This document shows positions 43,464 through 55,164 of a DNA stretch of 64,000 nucleotides, piece after piece. Origin of the DNA: an uncultured Acidimicrobiaceae bacterium. Its GTDB lineage: Bacteria; Actinomycetota; Acidimicrobiia; Acidimicrobiales; RAAP-2. Made by a program: the position numbers and the translations under genes. The stretch spans positions 42,105-106,104 of the forward strand of contig CAWIYY010000015.1 of NCBI GenBank assembly GCA_963840435.1, given 5' to 3'. The notes under the pieces are model-generated. The model saw nothing but the letters and a program-made list of their open reading frames with translations, ran no database searches and was not told where the DNA came from. How positions within the stretch are numbered: the first letter of the stretch is position 1; every line of letters starts with the position of its first letter.

Positions 43464-45416
43464 TCAGGTGGCGGGCCAGCGCTCGAGCCAGGCCTGCAGC
43501 ATGAGCACGCCCCAGAGCTCGGAGGTGAGGTCGCGCCGCTTGGCCTGGTGGAGCTCCCACGCCCTGCGCACGGGTTCCGGGTGGAGCAGGCCGTGGCGCC
43601 GGAGCGCAGACTCCGAGAGCAAGTCCTCGGCCCACGGTCGTAGCGGTCCGCGCAGCCAGTTGCCGATCGGCACGCCGAAACCCATCTTTGGCCGGTCGAC
43701 CAACGACGCCGGCACGTGGCGGTAGAGGATCTGGCGCAACATCCACTTCGCGGTGCCGTCACGCCGCTTCGAGGTCGGCGGCAATCGCCAGGCCGCCTCG
43801 AGCACGGTCCGATCGAGGAACGGGGTACGGGACTCGAGCGAGACGGCCATCGTCGCTCGGTCCACCTTGGTCAGGATGTCGTCGGGGAGATAGGTCACCA
43901 GATCTGTCTGCAGGAGCCGGTCCATCACGTCTCGTCCTCCGGCCGCTCCGATCCGGCCGTCCGCGACCGGGACGGGAGCCGAGGCGCCCGGCACCAGCGA
44001 GACCGCGTCCTCCCAGTGCGAGACCAACGCCCGATAGGCGCTGTCGACACTCGAAGACTCGAGCACTCGTCCCACCTTGGCCACCTTGTTCGAGGGCAGG
44101 CGCACCTGCCAGCGGGCAGGGAGGTGCGCTGCCACTGAGTCGATCGCGCCAGGAGGGATTCGCCGCAAGGTCCCTCCCGCACCGCGGCGAACGGGGAGTG
44201 GTACGGGACCTGCGGCACGCCAGACCCGGTCCAGCCAGGCGTGTCGGTTGTACCCGGCGAAGAGCTCGTCACCCCCGTCGCCCGACAACGCGACCGTCAC
44301 TGCCTGCCGGGCCACCTTCGCCACGAGGTGCGTGGGGAGCTGCGAGCTGTCAGAGAAAGGTTCGTCCCAGATGTCGGGCACCAGGGGGACGATGTCGAAC
44401 ACGTCCTGCGCCGTCATGTCCACTGTCGTATGTGCGGTCCCGAGGTGAGCGGCGACGGCGCTGGCCGATGCCGCCTCGTCAAAGGCTTCATCCTCGAATG
44501 ACACGGTGAAGGTTCGGACAGGCTGGCCGGAATACTGCTGCATCAGGGCCACGGTCAGGCTCGAGTCGATGCCCCCCGAGAGCAGCGCACCCACCGGCAC
44601 CTCGGCCACGGTGCGGGCCGCCACCGAGGCCGAAAGCGCGGCCTCCACCACCTCGATGGCCTCGCGGTCGTCGTCGAGCACTCGGACCCGGCATGCTGCG
44701 TCGATCGCTTCGGCAGCGGACCAATACGGCACCTGCTCGGGCAGGCGCCCTGGCACCGCACCGGCTTCGACGCAGACGCGGGTGCCGGGAGCCAGCTTGG
44801 ACAGGCCCCGATAGATGCAGGTGGGCGTGGGAACGTAGCTGAGGCGGAGGTACTCAGCCACCGCATCGCGATCGACGCGGGCCTCGAATGTTGGCAGGAC
44901 GTGGAATGCCTTGAGCTCCGAGGCGAACCCGAAGACGGCGCCCGCCCAGCCGTAGTAGAGAGGCTTCTCCCCGAAACGGTCTCGAGCAAGGTGGAGGCGT
45001 CGGTCGCGCCGATCCCAGGCGGCGAAGGCGAACATTCCTTCAATGCGCTCGAGCGTGCCCTCGAGACCCCACTGGTCGAGTCCGCCGACCAGCACCTCGG
45101 TGTCCGACGTACCGCGGACGATGACGCCCGAGGCCTCCAGCTCGGAGCGCAAGAGCGCCGTGTTGTAGAGCTCGCCGTTGTAGCTCACGACCCAACGCCC
45201 GGAGGCCGACGTCATCGGTTGCTGACCTTGCGTGCCCCGGCCGACCACCTCGAGGCGTCGATGACCCAGCGCCACCCCGGCCTCAGCATCGACCCACGTA
45301 CCGGCGTCGTCTGGGCCACGGTGGACCAGCGTCGAGGCCATGTCCCGAGCCCGCTCGTGCAGCGCGTCGGGACCGCTGGCCCTGGAGCTGTCGAGGAGTC
45401 CGGCGATCCCGCACAT
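43464..45416 (-). CDS. asnB: glutamine-hydrolysing asparagine synthase family amidotransferase
   Basis: Start set to ATG 45416 (MCGIAGLL, Ntn Cys2). LLSGGIDSSLTVALM is the PP-loop. The track ORF extends 119 codons further upstream without homology. Confidence 0.9.
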   Translation of the reverse strand: MCGIAGLLDSSRASGPDALHERARDMASTLVHRGPDDAGTWVDAEAGVALGHRRLEVVGRGTQGQQPMTSASGRWVVSYNGELYNTALLRSELEASGVIVRGTSDTEVLVGGLDQWGLEGTLERIEGMFAFAAWDRRDRRLHLARDRFGEKPLYYGWAGAVFGFASELKAFHVLPTFEARVDRDAVAEYLRLSYVPTPTCIYRGLSKLAPGTRVCVEAGAVPGRLPEQVPYWSAAEAIDAACRVRVLDDDREAIEVVEAALSASVAARTVAEVPVGALLSGGIDSSLTVALMQQYSGQPVRTFTVSFEDEAFDEAASASAVAAHLGTAHTTVDMTAQDVFDIVPLVPDIWDEPFSDSSQLPTHLVAKVARQAVTVALSGDGGDELFAGYNRHAWLDRVWRAAGPVPLPVRRGAGGTLRRIPPGAIDSVAAHLPARWQVRLPSNKVAKVGRVLESSSVDSAYRALVSHWEDAVSLVPGASAPVPVADGRIGAAGGRDVMDRLLQTDLVTYLPDDILTKVDRATMAVSLESRTPFLDRTVLEAAWRLPPTSKRRDGTAKWMLRQILYRHVPASLVDRPKMGFGVPIGNWLRGPLRPWAEDLLSESALRRHGLLHPEPVRRAWELHQAKRRDLTSELWGVLMLQAWLERWPAT

Positions 45417-45825
45417 CAGGAGACCCTCATCGGCTCGAGCGCGGCGCCGCCGCGCATTCCGCCCGGAACACCCAGAGCCTGGTCGACCCAGACTCCCGGT
45501 TTCTGCGTCGAAAAGGCTGACCAGGGCGTGGCCGCGGTCAGTGCCACCGAGCTCATCGACCGGGGCCCGGGCGAAGACCTGCGCCCCCGCCCCGGTGCGG
45601 TCGGAATGACGTGGAGTACTCGCGGTCCGGGACGTGCCGGGCTGGCCGAGGACTCTGGCGCGGTGAGCCCCATGATGGAGGGCATTCTGCTCGGATTGGG
45701 GACCGAATGGCCAGCGACGTGCAATTTCATCTAACTTTTTGTGGATGTCGGCGATTTTTCGCGTGCCGATCACGGAGCTGTAGGGAGGCTGGTGAGGTGG
45801 ACCAAACAGTCCCGCCTCGTACGCC

Positions 45826-46686
45826 GTGAGCAGGCTCCGCGAGACCGGGGTTCAGATCTTCTCGAAGCTCCCGCCCCAGGCCCGGCTGGCCATTCTCCAC
45901 GCCCGGGGCCGGTACGCGCCCTGGGAGGAGGGATTCGACTTCACCCCCCCGCCGCGGGCGCCCGGCGAGGTCGTCGGCGCACCTGATTTCGTCGGGATCG
46001 GTGTGCAGAAGGCGGGGACGACCTGGTGGTACGAGCTCATCGCGGCGCATCCGCAGGTGTCCGCCCGCGCGGACCTGCACAAAGAACGCCACTTCTTCGA
46101 TCGCTTCGCCGCCCAGCCCTTCGGCCCCGACGACATCCGTGGGTATCACGGCTGGTTCCCGCGGCGGCCCGGTACACAGGCAGGCGAGTGGACGCCGGAC
46201 TATATGCACCTGCCCTGGGTGCCGGCCCTGTTGGCCCAGGCCGCGCCCGAGGCACGACTCCTCGTGATACTGCGCGACCCGGTCGAGCGGCTTCATTCGG
46301 GGATCGCTCATCACCGGACCCACCGGGGACGGGTCACGGCCGACGTGTGGGCCGATGCCGTTGCCCGCGGTTTCTACGACCAGCAGCTGGCCGGCTGGGC
46401 CGCCTTCTTCGCACCTGACCGTTTCCTCGTTCTCCAGTACGAGCTGTGCGTCGCCGATCCGGTGGGCGAACTGAATCGGACCTACCGCTTTCTCCACCTG
46501 GAGCCCTTCGTCCCGGAGGATCTGGCTCGCCGGGTCAGCGCCACCGCCGACCGGTTCGGCCTTCAGGACGATGTGCGCCGGAGGCTGGTCGATCTCTATG
46601 AGCCGAGTGTGATCGCCCTGGCCAAGAACCAGCCCGAACTCGACCTCGAGCGCTGGCCGAACTTCGCCGAGGTGGTGAGCCGGTGA
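45826..46686 (+). CDS. sulfotransferase family protein
   Basis: DFVGIGVQKAGTTWWYELI P-loop and LVILRDPVERLHSG (3'-PB-like). Same architecture as ORF 316..1158. Confidence 0.75.
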   Translation: MSRLRETGVQIFSKLPPQARLAILHARGRYAPWEEGFDFTPPPRAPGEVVGAPDFVGIGVQKAGTTWWYELIAAHPQVSARADLHKERHFFDRFAAQPFGPDDIRGYHGWFPRRPGTQAGEWTPDYMHLPWVPALLAQAAPEARLLVILRDPVERLHSGIAHHRTHRGRVTADVWADAVARGFYDQQLAGWAAFFAPDRFLVLQYELCVADPVGELNRTYRFLHLEPFVPEDLARRVSATADRFGLQDDVRRRLVDLYEPSVIALAKNQPELDLERWPNFAEVVSR

Positions 46687-48173
46687 TCCATCTGTTGCTC
46701 AGTGCCACTCCAGCAGCCAACGCCGCGGCCGCTTCCAACGGCTCCAACGTGGTCTCCACGGACTACCCGGTGGCCATCGTGACCGCGCTGGTACTCGGGT
46801 ACCTGGGCTACCTCATCGCCGACCGGGTGGCTCGTGGGGATTCGTATCCGAACTTGCGCAAAGTGATGCGGGCCAGTGTCATCCTTCACCTGCTGGCCGC
46901 CCCCTTGCAGATCTTCGTGGTCGATCACTATTACGGCGGCATCTCGGACTGGTTGCGCTATACCCACCAGGGAGCGCTGCTGTCCGACAATTGGCGCAAC
47001 TTCGCGTTCACCGTTCAGGGGGTCGGCCTTCCTCGGATCGTCGGCGATGGTGCCGTCTCCCTCTACGGCGGGATCATCATGACGGTGGTGGGACCGAACC
47101 GGCTGGCTGCCTTCTTCGCGGCCACCTTCATCTCCTTCCTGGGCACCATGTTCTTCTATTTGGCCTTCAGGACTACCTTCCCCGAAGCGAATCGTGGCCG
47201 CTACGCCCTGCTGGTGTTCCTGTTCCCGTCGATCATCTTCTGGACAGCCGACGTGAGCAAGGAATCGGCCATGCTCTTCGCCCTCGGCCTCATGGCCTAC
47301 GGAGTTGCCCTGATACTGACCGGTCGGGCGTTGGGCTATGTATGGGGCGTCGCGGGCGGTGTCATCGCCTATGTGGTCCGTCCCGACGAACTGGTCATCC
47401 TGGTGGTCGCGTTCGCGCTGGCCATGGTGGTGCGGGGCCTCTTCCGCCAGGGCCGGACGTTCCGCCATCCGATCCGCATCGTCGCGGCCGTCGTGGTCAT
47501 CGCCGGATTCGTGGTCCTCACGGGGATCGAGGCTTCCCACTTCCTGCACCAGGCGACAGGCGCAAACTCGCTCAGCGGCACCTTGAGCAAGGTGGGGGCC
47601 AACAATCAGGGCACGGGCGCCGGCTTCGGCAGCAGCCAGGTCGGCTACTCGAGCAACCCGCTCTCCTTCCCCCGTGACGTCTACACGGTCCTCTTCGACC
47701 CGCTGCCAATCTCGGCTCGCAGCGTGACCCAGCTCGCCGCCGCCGCCGAGAACGTGCTGATCCTGGTCGTGATCGTCCTGTCCTTCCGCCAGTTGCGCTG
47801 CCTCCTTCGCGTCTCGTTGCAGCGGCCCTACGTGTTCGTGTGCCTGGTCTACAGCCTGATTTTCATCTACGCGTTCGCGGCGCTCGGCAACCTTGGCCTG
47901 ATCACGAGGGAACGCACGCTGATGCTGCCGTTCCTCTTCGTCCTGCTGTCGATCCCCATTGCCCCCGACGGCGAGTCCCCCTATCCGTGGCAGCTGCCAC
48001 GGCGGCTACGCAGAACTGCCACGGGCTCGACCCGGCAGGCGCAGACGTCGAGTGATGAGGAGAGCGAGTGGGCGGTAAGCGCCGGCGCGGTGGCCCAGGA
48101 ATGGTCGGCCGATCCCGTCGACGAGACCGATTCGGCTGATTGGTCACCAGCAGAGTGGGTGCCCGACATTTAG
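46683..48173 (+). CDS. polytopic integral membrane protein (polymerase/ligase-like role is a guess)
   Basis: 496 aa with about 10-12 hydrophobic segments and an acidic C-terminal tail. GTGA overlap with the sulfotransferase gene. Confidence 0.55.
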   Translation: MIHLLLSATPAANAAAASNGSNVVSTDYPVAIVTALVLGYLGYLIADRVARGDSYPNLRKVMRASVILHLLAAPLQIFVVDHYYGGISDWLRYTHQGALLSDNWRNFAFTVQGVGLPRIVGDGAVSLYGGIIMTVVGPNRLAAFFAATFISFLGTMFFYLAFRTTFPEANRGRYALLVFLFPSIIFWTADVSKESAMLFALGLMAYGVALILTGRALGYVWGVAGGVIAYVVRPDELVILVVAFALAMVVRGLFRQGRTFRHPIRIVAAVVVIAGFVVLTGIEASHFLHQATGANSLSGTLSKVGANNQGTGAGFGSSQVGYSSNPLSFPRDVYTVLFDPLPISARSVTQLAAAAENVLILVVIVLSFRQLRCLLRVSLQRPYVFVCLVYSLIFIYAFAALGNLGLITRERTLMLPFLFVLLSIPIAPDGESPYPWQLPRRLRRTATGSTRQAQTSSDEESEWAVSAGAVAQEWSADPVDETDSADWSPAEWVPDI

Positions 48174-48384
48174 CCAGGGCGCAACGTCCGTGACCGTCGG
48201 CGTTCCCATCACATCGCGGGCGCCCGTCACTGTCCGGATTGGCGCAACTCGCTGACAACTGGTGGCGCAGAGTTGCGGACGGCAACGCCGTGTTGTGCAA
48301 ACAGGCGTTCTTTTCCGCTCTCGCCACATGTAAATAGGCAATTGGACCCATATCCCGTGACGACCGCGGCGCCGAAGGATCGGT

Positions 48385-49968
48385 GTGCGGAGATTTCTCT
48401 ACGTCATCATCCTCGTCCTCAGCTTCGGTCTCGTCGCCCTGCCGGCCGGCGCCACCACGCCCGCCACGGTGTCACCGCCAGCCACGATCACGGCCAATTG
48501 CACCAAGGACGTCGCCAATGGCATGCAGCGCTGGCTGGCGTCGTTGCCGGCCAACACGACCGTGGTTGCACCGGCGGGTGCGTGCTACCTCATCAACGGT
48601 GGCATCACCGTCTTCGCGGCTCAGGGCCTGACCATCGCCGGTGGCACCTGGGAGGACGAGACGGCTCCGGTGCCGGGAGCACCTTCGGACGATATGAACC
48701 CGGCCCTGTGGTTCAGGGGTGGGTCGAACGTCACGCTGGAGAATCTGACCGTCGACGGCTCCAGCCCCGGGGGTTACACCGTGGCCGGCGCCTTCGGCGC
48801 CGGCATCCGCTCGGACGGCGTCATCGGGTTCCGGGTGACGGACGTGAACGTGGACAACGTCTGGGGTGACGGCCTGGAGCTGACCCCGCTGCGGGGTTCC
48901 AACGACACGTCGGGCGTCATCGTCAACCCGACGGAGAACGTCTCTGTGTACGGGCTCAACGTGAATGGGGCAGGTCGCCAGGGCGTGACCCTGGCCAGCG
49001 TCGCGGGAGCCACCTTGACCGACGTGCATCTCCAGCACATCGGGTTTGACTTCTTCGATGTCGAGGCCGACCAGGGCAATGAGGGCGCGGTGAACGTCAC
49101 CATCAACGACTGTGAGACCGGAGGTGCCGGTGGCCTGTTCTTCGCCAACATGGGCGCAAGCGCCGGCGCGGCCTTCACTCGGAACATCACAGTCGAGAAC
49201 TGCACCATGGACGCGCCGACTGCCGGCGAAGCAGTCCTGGTCCAGGCGCCGACCATGGAGGTAAATCCCCGCGGGCCGATCACGTTCCTCAACGACACAC
49301 TTCGGTGCGGGTCGAGCGTGTACGTCTCGTGCATCCAGGCCACCGATGCCGACATCGTCGTGGCCAACTCCACGGTGCTGGTGCCGGGCGGCACCGTGCA
49401 TGAGCCCGTGTTCAACGCCAACGAGAGCAGCGGCCTCGATTTTTCGGGCGACTCGGTGTCAGGTTATGGCGCGCCGGGATCGAAGGACACCACAAGCAAC
49501 GTGAGCATCACTGGCGGGCAGTGGTCGCCCTACAGCCCGCCCCACCCTTCGCCGGGCCCGGGGCCAGTGCATGGGGCGCCGCCATTCAACACTCCGAGTG
49601 GGACTTCAGCGGGCAACGCTCCGTCGTCGACGACCACAAGCACCATCGCAGCCACGACCACGTCGACCGGCCCGACGAGGTTGCACGGTGTGGTCCCGGT
49701 GCTCTCGGGCAAGACCACGGATTCGGGCAACCGCAAGGGCACCGGTTCACCGGCCGGGGGCGCGACCACCGCCGCCGTGCTGACGTCTGACAGCAATGAC
49801 CCCCTGACCTCTCCGCTCCTGCGCTCCTTCCTTCTCCTCGACCTGGGCGCAGGAGCCGTGGCCTCTGGCTTGCTCCTGGTGCGCCGGCGGCGACACCTCG
49901 GCGTCGTGCCCGCCACCCACTCGGTGCAGGACTTGCTCGGCCGGCCGCGTCGCTCCGAGTCGGCCTGA
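48385..49968 (+). CDS. right-handed beta-helix repeat protein with C-terminal transmembrane anchor
   Basis: Signal peptide VLSFGLVALPAGA. Repeats NVTLENLTVDGS, VTDVNVDNVWGDG and NVSVYGLNVNGAGRQG. S/T/P linker, then LLLDLGAGAVASGLLLVRRRR. Confidence 0.7.
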   Translation: MRRFLYVIILVLSFGLVALPAGATTPATVSPPATITANCTKDVANGMQRWLASLPANTTVVAPAGACYLINGGITVFAAQGLTIAGGTWEDETAPVPGAPSDDMNPALWFRGGSNVTLENLTVDGSSPGGYTVAGAFGAGIRSDGVIGFRVTDVNVDNVWGDGLELTPLRGSNDTSGVIVNPTENVSVYGLNVNGAGRQGVTLASVAGATLTDVHLQHIGFDFFDVEADQGNEGAVNVTINDCETGGAGGLFFANMGASAGAAFTRNITVENCTMDAPTAGEAVLVQAPTMEVNPRGPITFLNDTLRCGSSVYVSCIQATDADIVVANSTVLVPGGTVHEPVFNANESSGLDFSGDSVSGYGAPGSKDTTSNVSITGGQWSPYSPPHPSPGPGPVHGAPPFNTPSGTSAGNAPSSTTTSTIAATTTSTGPTRLHGVVPVLSGKTTDSGNRKGTGSPAGGATTAAVLTSDSNDPLTSPLLRSFLLLDLGAGAVASGLLLVRRRRHLGVVPATHSVQDLLGRPRRSESA

Positions 49969-50020
49969 TTTCCCCGCCAGGCTCCGGTCACGTCGGCCCG
50001 CACGGCACGCCCGTGCACCC

Positions 50021-51229
50021 TCATCCCGCCGAGGTCGATCGGCGCCGGGGCGATCCCGCCCGGCGCAGGAGGCGCTCGTAAACCTCGAGGGTGATCCCGA
50101 CCACCTTGCGGTCGTCGAAGGCGGCCCGGGCCCGAGTCACGGCCGCCCGGCTCATGGCCTGGCGACGCACCGGGTCCTTCGCCAGCATCTGCACCGCGGT
50201 CGCCAGAGCGGCTCCGTCGTGCGCCGGCACCAGCAGGCCGGTGGTGCCGTCATCGACCACTTGTCGGCAGCCTCGGATGTCGGTGGCCACCACCGGCACA
50301 CCGCAGGCGGTCGCTTCCATAGCCGAGCGGGGGAATCCCTCGCGATAGGACGGCAGCACGAAGAGGTCCATGCCGGGGTAGAGCTCCTCGACGTCCCTGC
50401 GCTCCCCGAGAAAGGAAACGTTGCCGATCTCCTCGGCGACCCGCACATCGGCGTCCGAAAGTGCGTTGCTCTTGGCGGGTTCCCTCGGCCCGATCACGAC
50501 GATGGCGACGTCGGGGCAACTGCGTTGGAGCCGCCGGGCCGCGTCGAAGAGTTCGGCGAACCCTTTTTCCCACACCAGTCGTCCCACCACGCCGACGAGC
50601 ACTCGCCCATCGTCCACGCCCATTGCACGGCGCGCCCCGGCTACAACCTCGGGAGGCTGCGGCTTGAAACGCTCGAGATCGATGCCGTTGCCGAGCAGTA
50701 CCAACTTGTCCGCCGGGACCCGAAGCCGGGCGAGCGTGTCCATGTCCTCAACGTTCTGTACAAGCTCGGCCTGCGAGCACACGGAGACGGCGCGCTCGAG
50801 CCCGTAGACCAACGTCCGGCGCAGGAGCGGATCCTCGCTCGTGGCATAGAGGCCGTGCACCGTGTTGACCACGACGGGCACCCCCGCCAACCGCGCGGCG
50901 AGGCGCCCGTAGACACCGGGTTTCGGGTTGTGGGTGTGCACGATGTCGGGTCGCAGCCGGCGGAACATCCTGACCAACTCGCCAAGCGCCTGTACGTCCT
51001 GGCCCACCGAGTTCGACCGGGTCGCGTGCTGGACCGATTCGTGCCGGATCCCCCACGCCGCTAGCTCGCCGGCGTAGGGGCCGGGGGCTGAGGCCCCGAT
51101 GACCTCCATGCCGGCGTCGCTGAAGGCCCGGAGCTGCGGGCCGAGCAGGAGGGCCAGGCTCATGTCCGTCGTGGCCAGGTGCACCAGCCGCCGCCCGGCC
51201 AGGGGCCCGGCACCCTCGGGAGATGTCAC
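50021..51229 (-). CDS. GT4-family glycosyltransferase
   Basis: SYREGFPRSAMEATACGVPVVATDIRGCRQVVDDGTTGLLVP is the GT4 E-x7-E region. Confidence 0.85.
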   Translation of the reverse strand: MTSPEGAGPLAGRRLVHLATTDMSLALLLGPQLRAFSDAGMEVIGASAPGPYAGELAAWGIRHESVQHATRSNSVGQDVQALGELVRMFRRLRPDIVHTHNPKPGVYGRLAARLAGVPVVVNTVHGLYATSEDPLLRRTLVYGLERAVSVCSQAELVQNVEDMDTLARLRVPADKLVLLGNGIDLERFKPQPPEVVAGARRAMGVDDGRVLVGVVGRLVWEKGFAELFDAARRLQRSCPDVAIVVIGPREPAKSNALSDADVRVAEEIGNVSFLGERRDVEELYPGMDLFVLPSYREGFPRSAMEATACGVPVVATDIRGCRQVVDDGTTGLLVPAHDGAALATAVQMLAKDPVRRQAMSRAAVTRARAAFDDRKVVGITLEVYERLLRRAGSPRRRSTSAG

Positions 51230-52440
51230 CGCCTGCCTGCGTGTCCGGGCGCCGCCGGCACGAGCTCGTCGTAAATCCCTTCGACCTGGCGCACGAAGCG
51301 AGTCGCTTCGAAGAGGGTCGATCTCTGGAGAGAGCCGGCCGCCAACCTCCGGCGCAACTCGGCGTCGCCGGCCGCCGCGCCAATGGCATCGGCCAGGGCA
51401 AGGGGCTCCTCGGGCGGGACGATCAGGGCGTCGATGCTGTCGGTCCAGAGGTTCGGGATCTCGCCGACGCTCGTCATCACGATGGGCACACCCATGGCAG
51501 CCGCTTCCATCAGGACGACCGGCAGGCCTTCTTGGCGCGAGGGCAGGACGAAGAGATCGGCCGCGCTGAGCAGCCGCAGGATGTCGGACCGCTCGCCGAG
51601 GAACCGGAAGTGGTCGCCCAGTCCCAGGGCGGTGCGCTGGCCCTCGAGCTCGTCACGGAACGGACCGATCCCCGCCGCCACGAAGCGCACCGGGACGCGC
51701 CGGTCGACGAGGGTGCGAGCGGACCGCAGGAGGACGTCGTATGCCTTCTCGCGTCGCAGGTTGGCCACTGTCAACACCAAGAGCTCGCCGTCGGAGACAC
51801 CGAATTCTCGTCGGACCTCGGGGCGAGCCGACTCGCGAGCGGCTCGAGCCTGCTGTACCGGCTCCATTTCGATCCCGTGGATCACGACTGTGGCCCGCCT
51901 GCGGAGCGCAGGCGGAAGGGAATCCTTGGCGGCCTGCGAAATGATGAGCAAGCGATCGTCTAACCCGATGGTGGCCCGGTTGAGCGCTTTGAGGGCGATT
52001 GCCATCTTGTCCCACATGTTGTGTTCGGTGTAGACGAGCGCCGGTCGTCGCCGCGGTGTCATGCTGGCCGCCGCCACCATCCGGCCCAGGGTCGCCGCGT
52101 AGGGCAAGTGGGAATGCATGAGGTCGAAGTCGCCCGTGCGGAGCAGTGTGCGCAGCCGCCCGGTCCACCCCAGGTCGCGGTTCGACGCCGCGCCGAGCGA
52201 ATGCACTGCGACTCCAGCGTCGATCAACTCGGAGACGAGCGAGTTGGAGTCCTCGAGGATGTAGGCCACCTCGTAGTCGAAGCGCTGACGGTCCCGGAGA
52301 CGCACCATGTTGACGAGCAGCCGTTCGGCGCCGCCGGCGCCCAAACCCTTGATCAGGAGAAGAACCCGCCGCCGCGCTGCTGGCGCGGCCACGGCGCCCG
52401 TCTCCTTGTCAGCTTGAGTATCCGTGTCCACTGGCTGCAC
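51226..52440 (-). CDS. GT4-family glycosyltransferase
   Basis: PSRQEGLPVVLMEAAAMGVPIVMTSVGEIP. Overlaps the downstream GT4 by 4 nt. Confidence 0.85.
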   Translation of the reverse strand: MQPVDTDTQADKETGAVAAPAARRRVLLLIKGLGAGGAERLLVNMVRLRDRQRFDYEVAYILEDSNSLVSELIDAGVAVHSLGAASNRDLGWTGRLRTLLRTGDFDLMHSHLPYAATLGRMVAAASMTPRRRPALVYTEHNMWDKMAIALKALNRATIGLDDRLLIISQAAKDSLPPALRRRATVVIHGIEMEPVQQARAARESARPEVRREFGVSDGELLVLTVANLRREKAYDVLLRSARTLVDRRVPVRFVAAGIGPFRDELEGQRTALGLGDHFRFLGERSDILRLLSAADLFVLPSRQEGLPVVLMEAAAMGVPIVMTSVGEIPNLWTDSIDALIVPPEEPLALADAIGAAAGDAELRRRLAAGSLQRSTLFEATRFVRQVEGIYDELVPAAPGHAGRR

Positions 52441-52811
52441 TCGTCAGGGTCCTCCGCTGCGCCGAGTGGACAGTAACGCATGGCTCAATGCGTCCGGATC
52501 GGCTTGTTGCACCAGACATGAACCTTTGCCGATCTGCTCGCGAAACTGGGAGCGTTGGCCCGAGGGTGCTTGTCCTGTGACCCCGTCTCGCCACGCGAGC
52601 TCGACGGCCCCTTCCCTTTCGAGGGGTGCCCAACGGACTCACGGTGCTCGCAACGGTGGTCGTCGGAGGACCTGAGAGCTCGGCTGATGGGTTCCCGAAT
52701 GGCGGCCCGCACGGTGCCAGACGCGCTCCTGGCCATGGTCCTTCCCAGGGGCGTCGCCGCCCTGAGCACGCCAATTAGGCACTCCCGCCTCCGGCCCATA
52801 GCATCCGGACC

Positions 52812-54008
<1,197 letters not shown>

Positions 54009-54072
54009 CCGGGCATCGCCTCCCCAGAATCCAGCCCTTCGACGCGTTACGCCAGAGAGAAAGGTCAGCCCC

Positions 54073-55068
54073 ATGGCCAAGTCACCCGTCCATGTCACCG
54101 TCACCGGCGCCGCCGGCCAGATCGGTTACTCGCTCCTGTTCCGTATCGCCTCGGGCCAGCTCCTCGGAGCGGACCAGCCGATCGTGCTGCGCCTCCTCGA
54201 GATCGAGCCGGCCATGAAAGTGCTCGACGGCGTCGTCATGGAGATCGACGACTGCGCGTTTCCCCTGGTGCACGACATTGTGCCCACCTCTGACCTCAAG
54301 ACGGCCTTCGACGGGACGTCCTGGGCCCTCCTCGTGGGCTCGATCCCGCGCAAGGCAGGCATGGAGCGCGGTGACCTGCTCAGCGTGAACGGCGGCATCT
54401 TCAAGCCGCAAGGCCGGGCCATCGCCGAGAACGCCGCCTCCGACGTGCGCATCCTGGTCGTGGGCAATCCGTGCAACACGAACTGCCTCATCGCCCGCTC
54501 GAACGCGCCCGAGGTGCCAGCTGAGCGCTGGTTCGCCATGACGCGGCTCGACGAGAACCGGGCCAAGGCTCAGCTGGCCGCCAAGGCGAACGCACCCGTG
54601 GCCGACGTGACCAACGTGGCGATCTGGGGCAACCACTCGGCCACCCAGTACCCCGACTTCGCCAATGCCAAGATCGGCGGCCGGGCCACCACCGACGTCA
54701 TCACCGACCGCGAGTGGCTCGAGGGCGAATTCATCACGACGGTGCAGAAGCGCGGCGCCGCCATCATCGAGGCCCGAGGGTCGTCCTCGGCCGCCTCGGC
54801 CGCCTCGGCCGCGGTCGACACGGTGGTGAGCCTGTGCACCACCACCCCGGCTGATGACTGTTTCTCCGTTGCGGTTTGCAGCTCGGGCCAGTATGGCGCC
54901 CCCGAGGGCCTGCAGTTCGGCTTCCCGATCGTCGCCGACGGCAAGGGCGGTTGGTCCGTGGTCGAGGGCTTCTCGCACAGCGCGTTCGCCCAGGACCGCA
55001 TCAAGATCACAACCGACGAGCTTGAGGCCGAGCGCAACGACGTCAAGAATCTCGGGCTGATCGGGTAG
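54073..55068 (+). CDS. mdh: malate dehydrogenase
   Basis: [48 protein letters not shown]. Confidence 0.95.
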   Translation: MAKSPVHVTVTGAAGQIGYSLLFRIASGQLLGADQPIVLRLLEIEPAMKVLDGVVMEIDDCAFPLVHDIVPTSDLKTAFDGTSWALLVGSIPRKAGMERGDLLSVNGGIFKPQGRAIAENAASDVRILVVGNPCNTNCLIARSNAPEVPAERWFAMTRLDENRAKAQLAAKANAPVADVTNVAIWGNHSATQYPDFANAKIGGRATTDVITDREWLEGEFITTVQKRGAAIIEARGSSSAASAASAAVDTVVSLCTTTPADDCFSVAVCSSGQYGAPEGLQFGFPIVADGKGGWSVVEGFSHSAFAQDRIKITTDELEAERNDVKNLGLIG

Positions 55069-55081
55069 TACCCCCGGTACG

Positions 55082-55106
55082 CTGCGGGGCTTGAGGAGTC
55101 CCGCAG
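55082..55106 (+). terminator. stem-loop after mdh
   Basis: CTGCGGG-gcttgaggagt-CCCGCAG, 14 nt after the stop. Confidence 0.4.
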
Positions 55107-55164
55107 TGCCACGCAGCCGCCGCCGTCACCGGCTGTTCGCAGCCGTGAAACGGCGGCGAAACAC

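Noticed and set aside
52441-52811. 371-nt gap upstream of icd, inspected for a structured RNA (SRP RNA, RNase P, tmRNA, riboswitch)
   Set aside because: There are some short GC stems (for example CCCCTtccctttcgAGGGG) but none of the signature sequences I know for those RNAs. A covariance-model scan (Rfam/Infernal) would be needed, so no claim is made.
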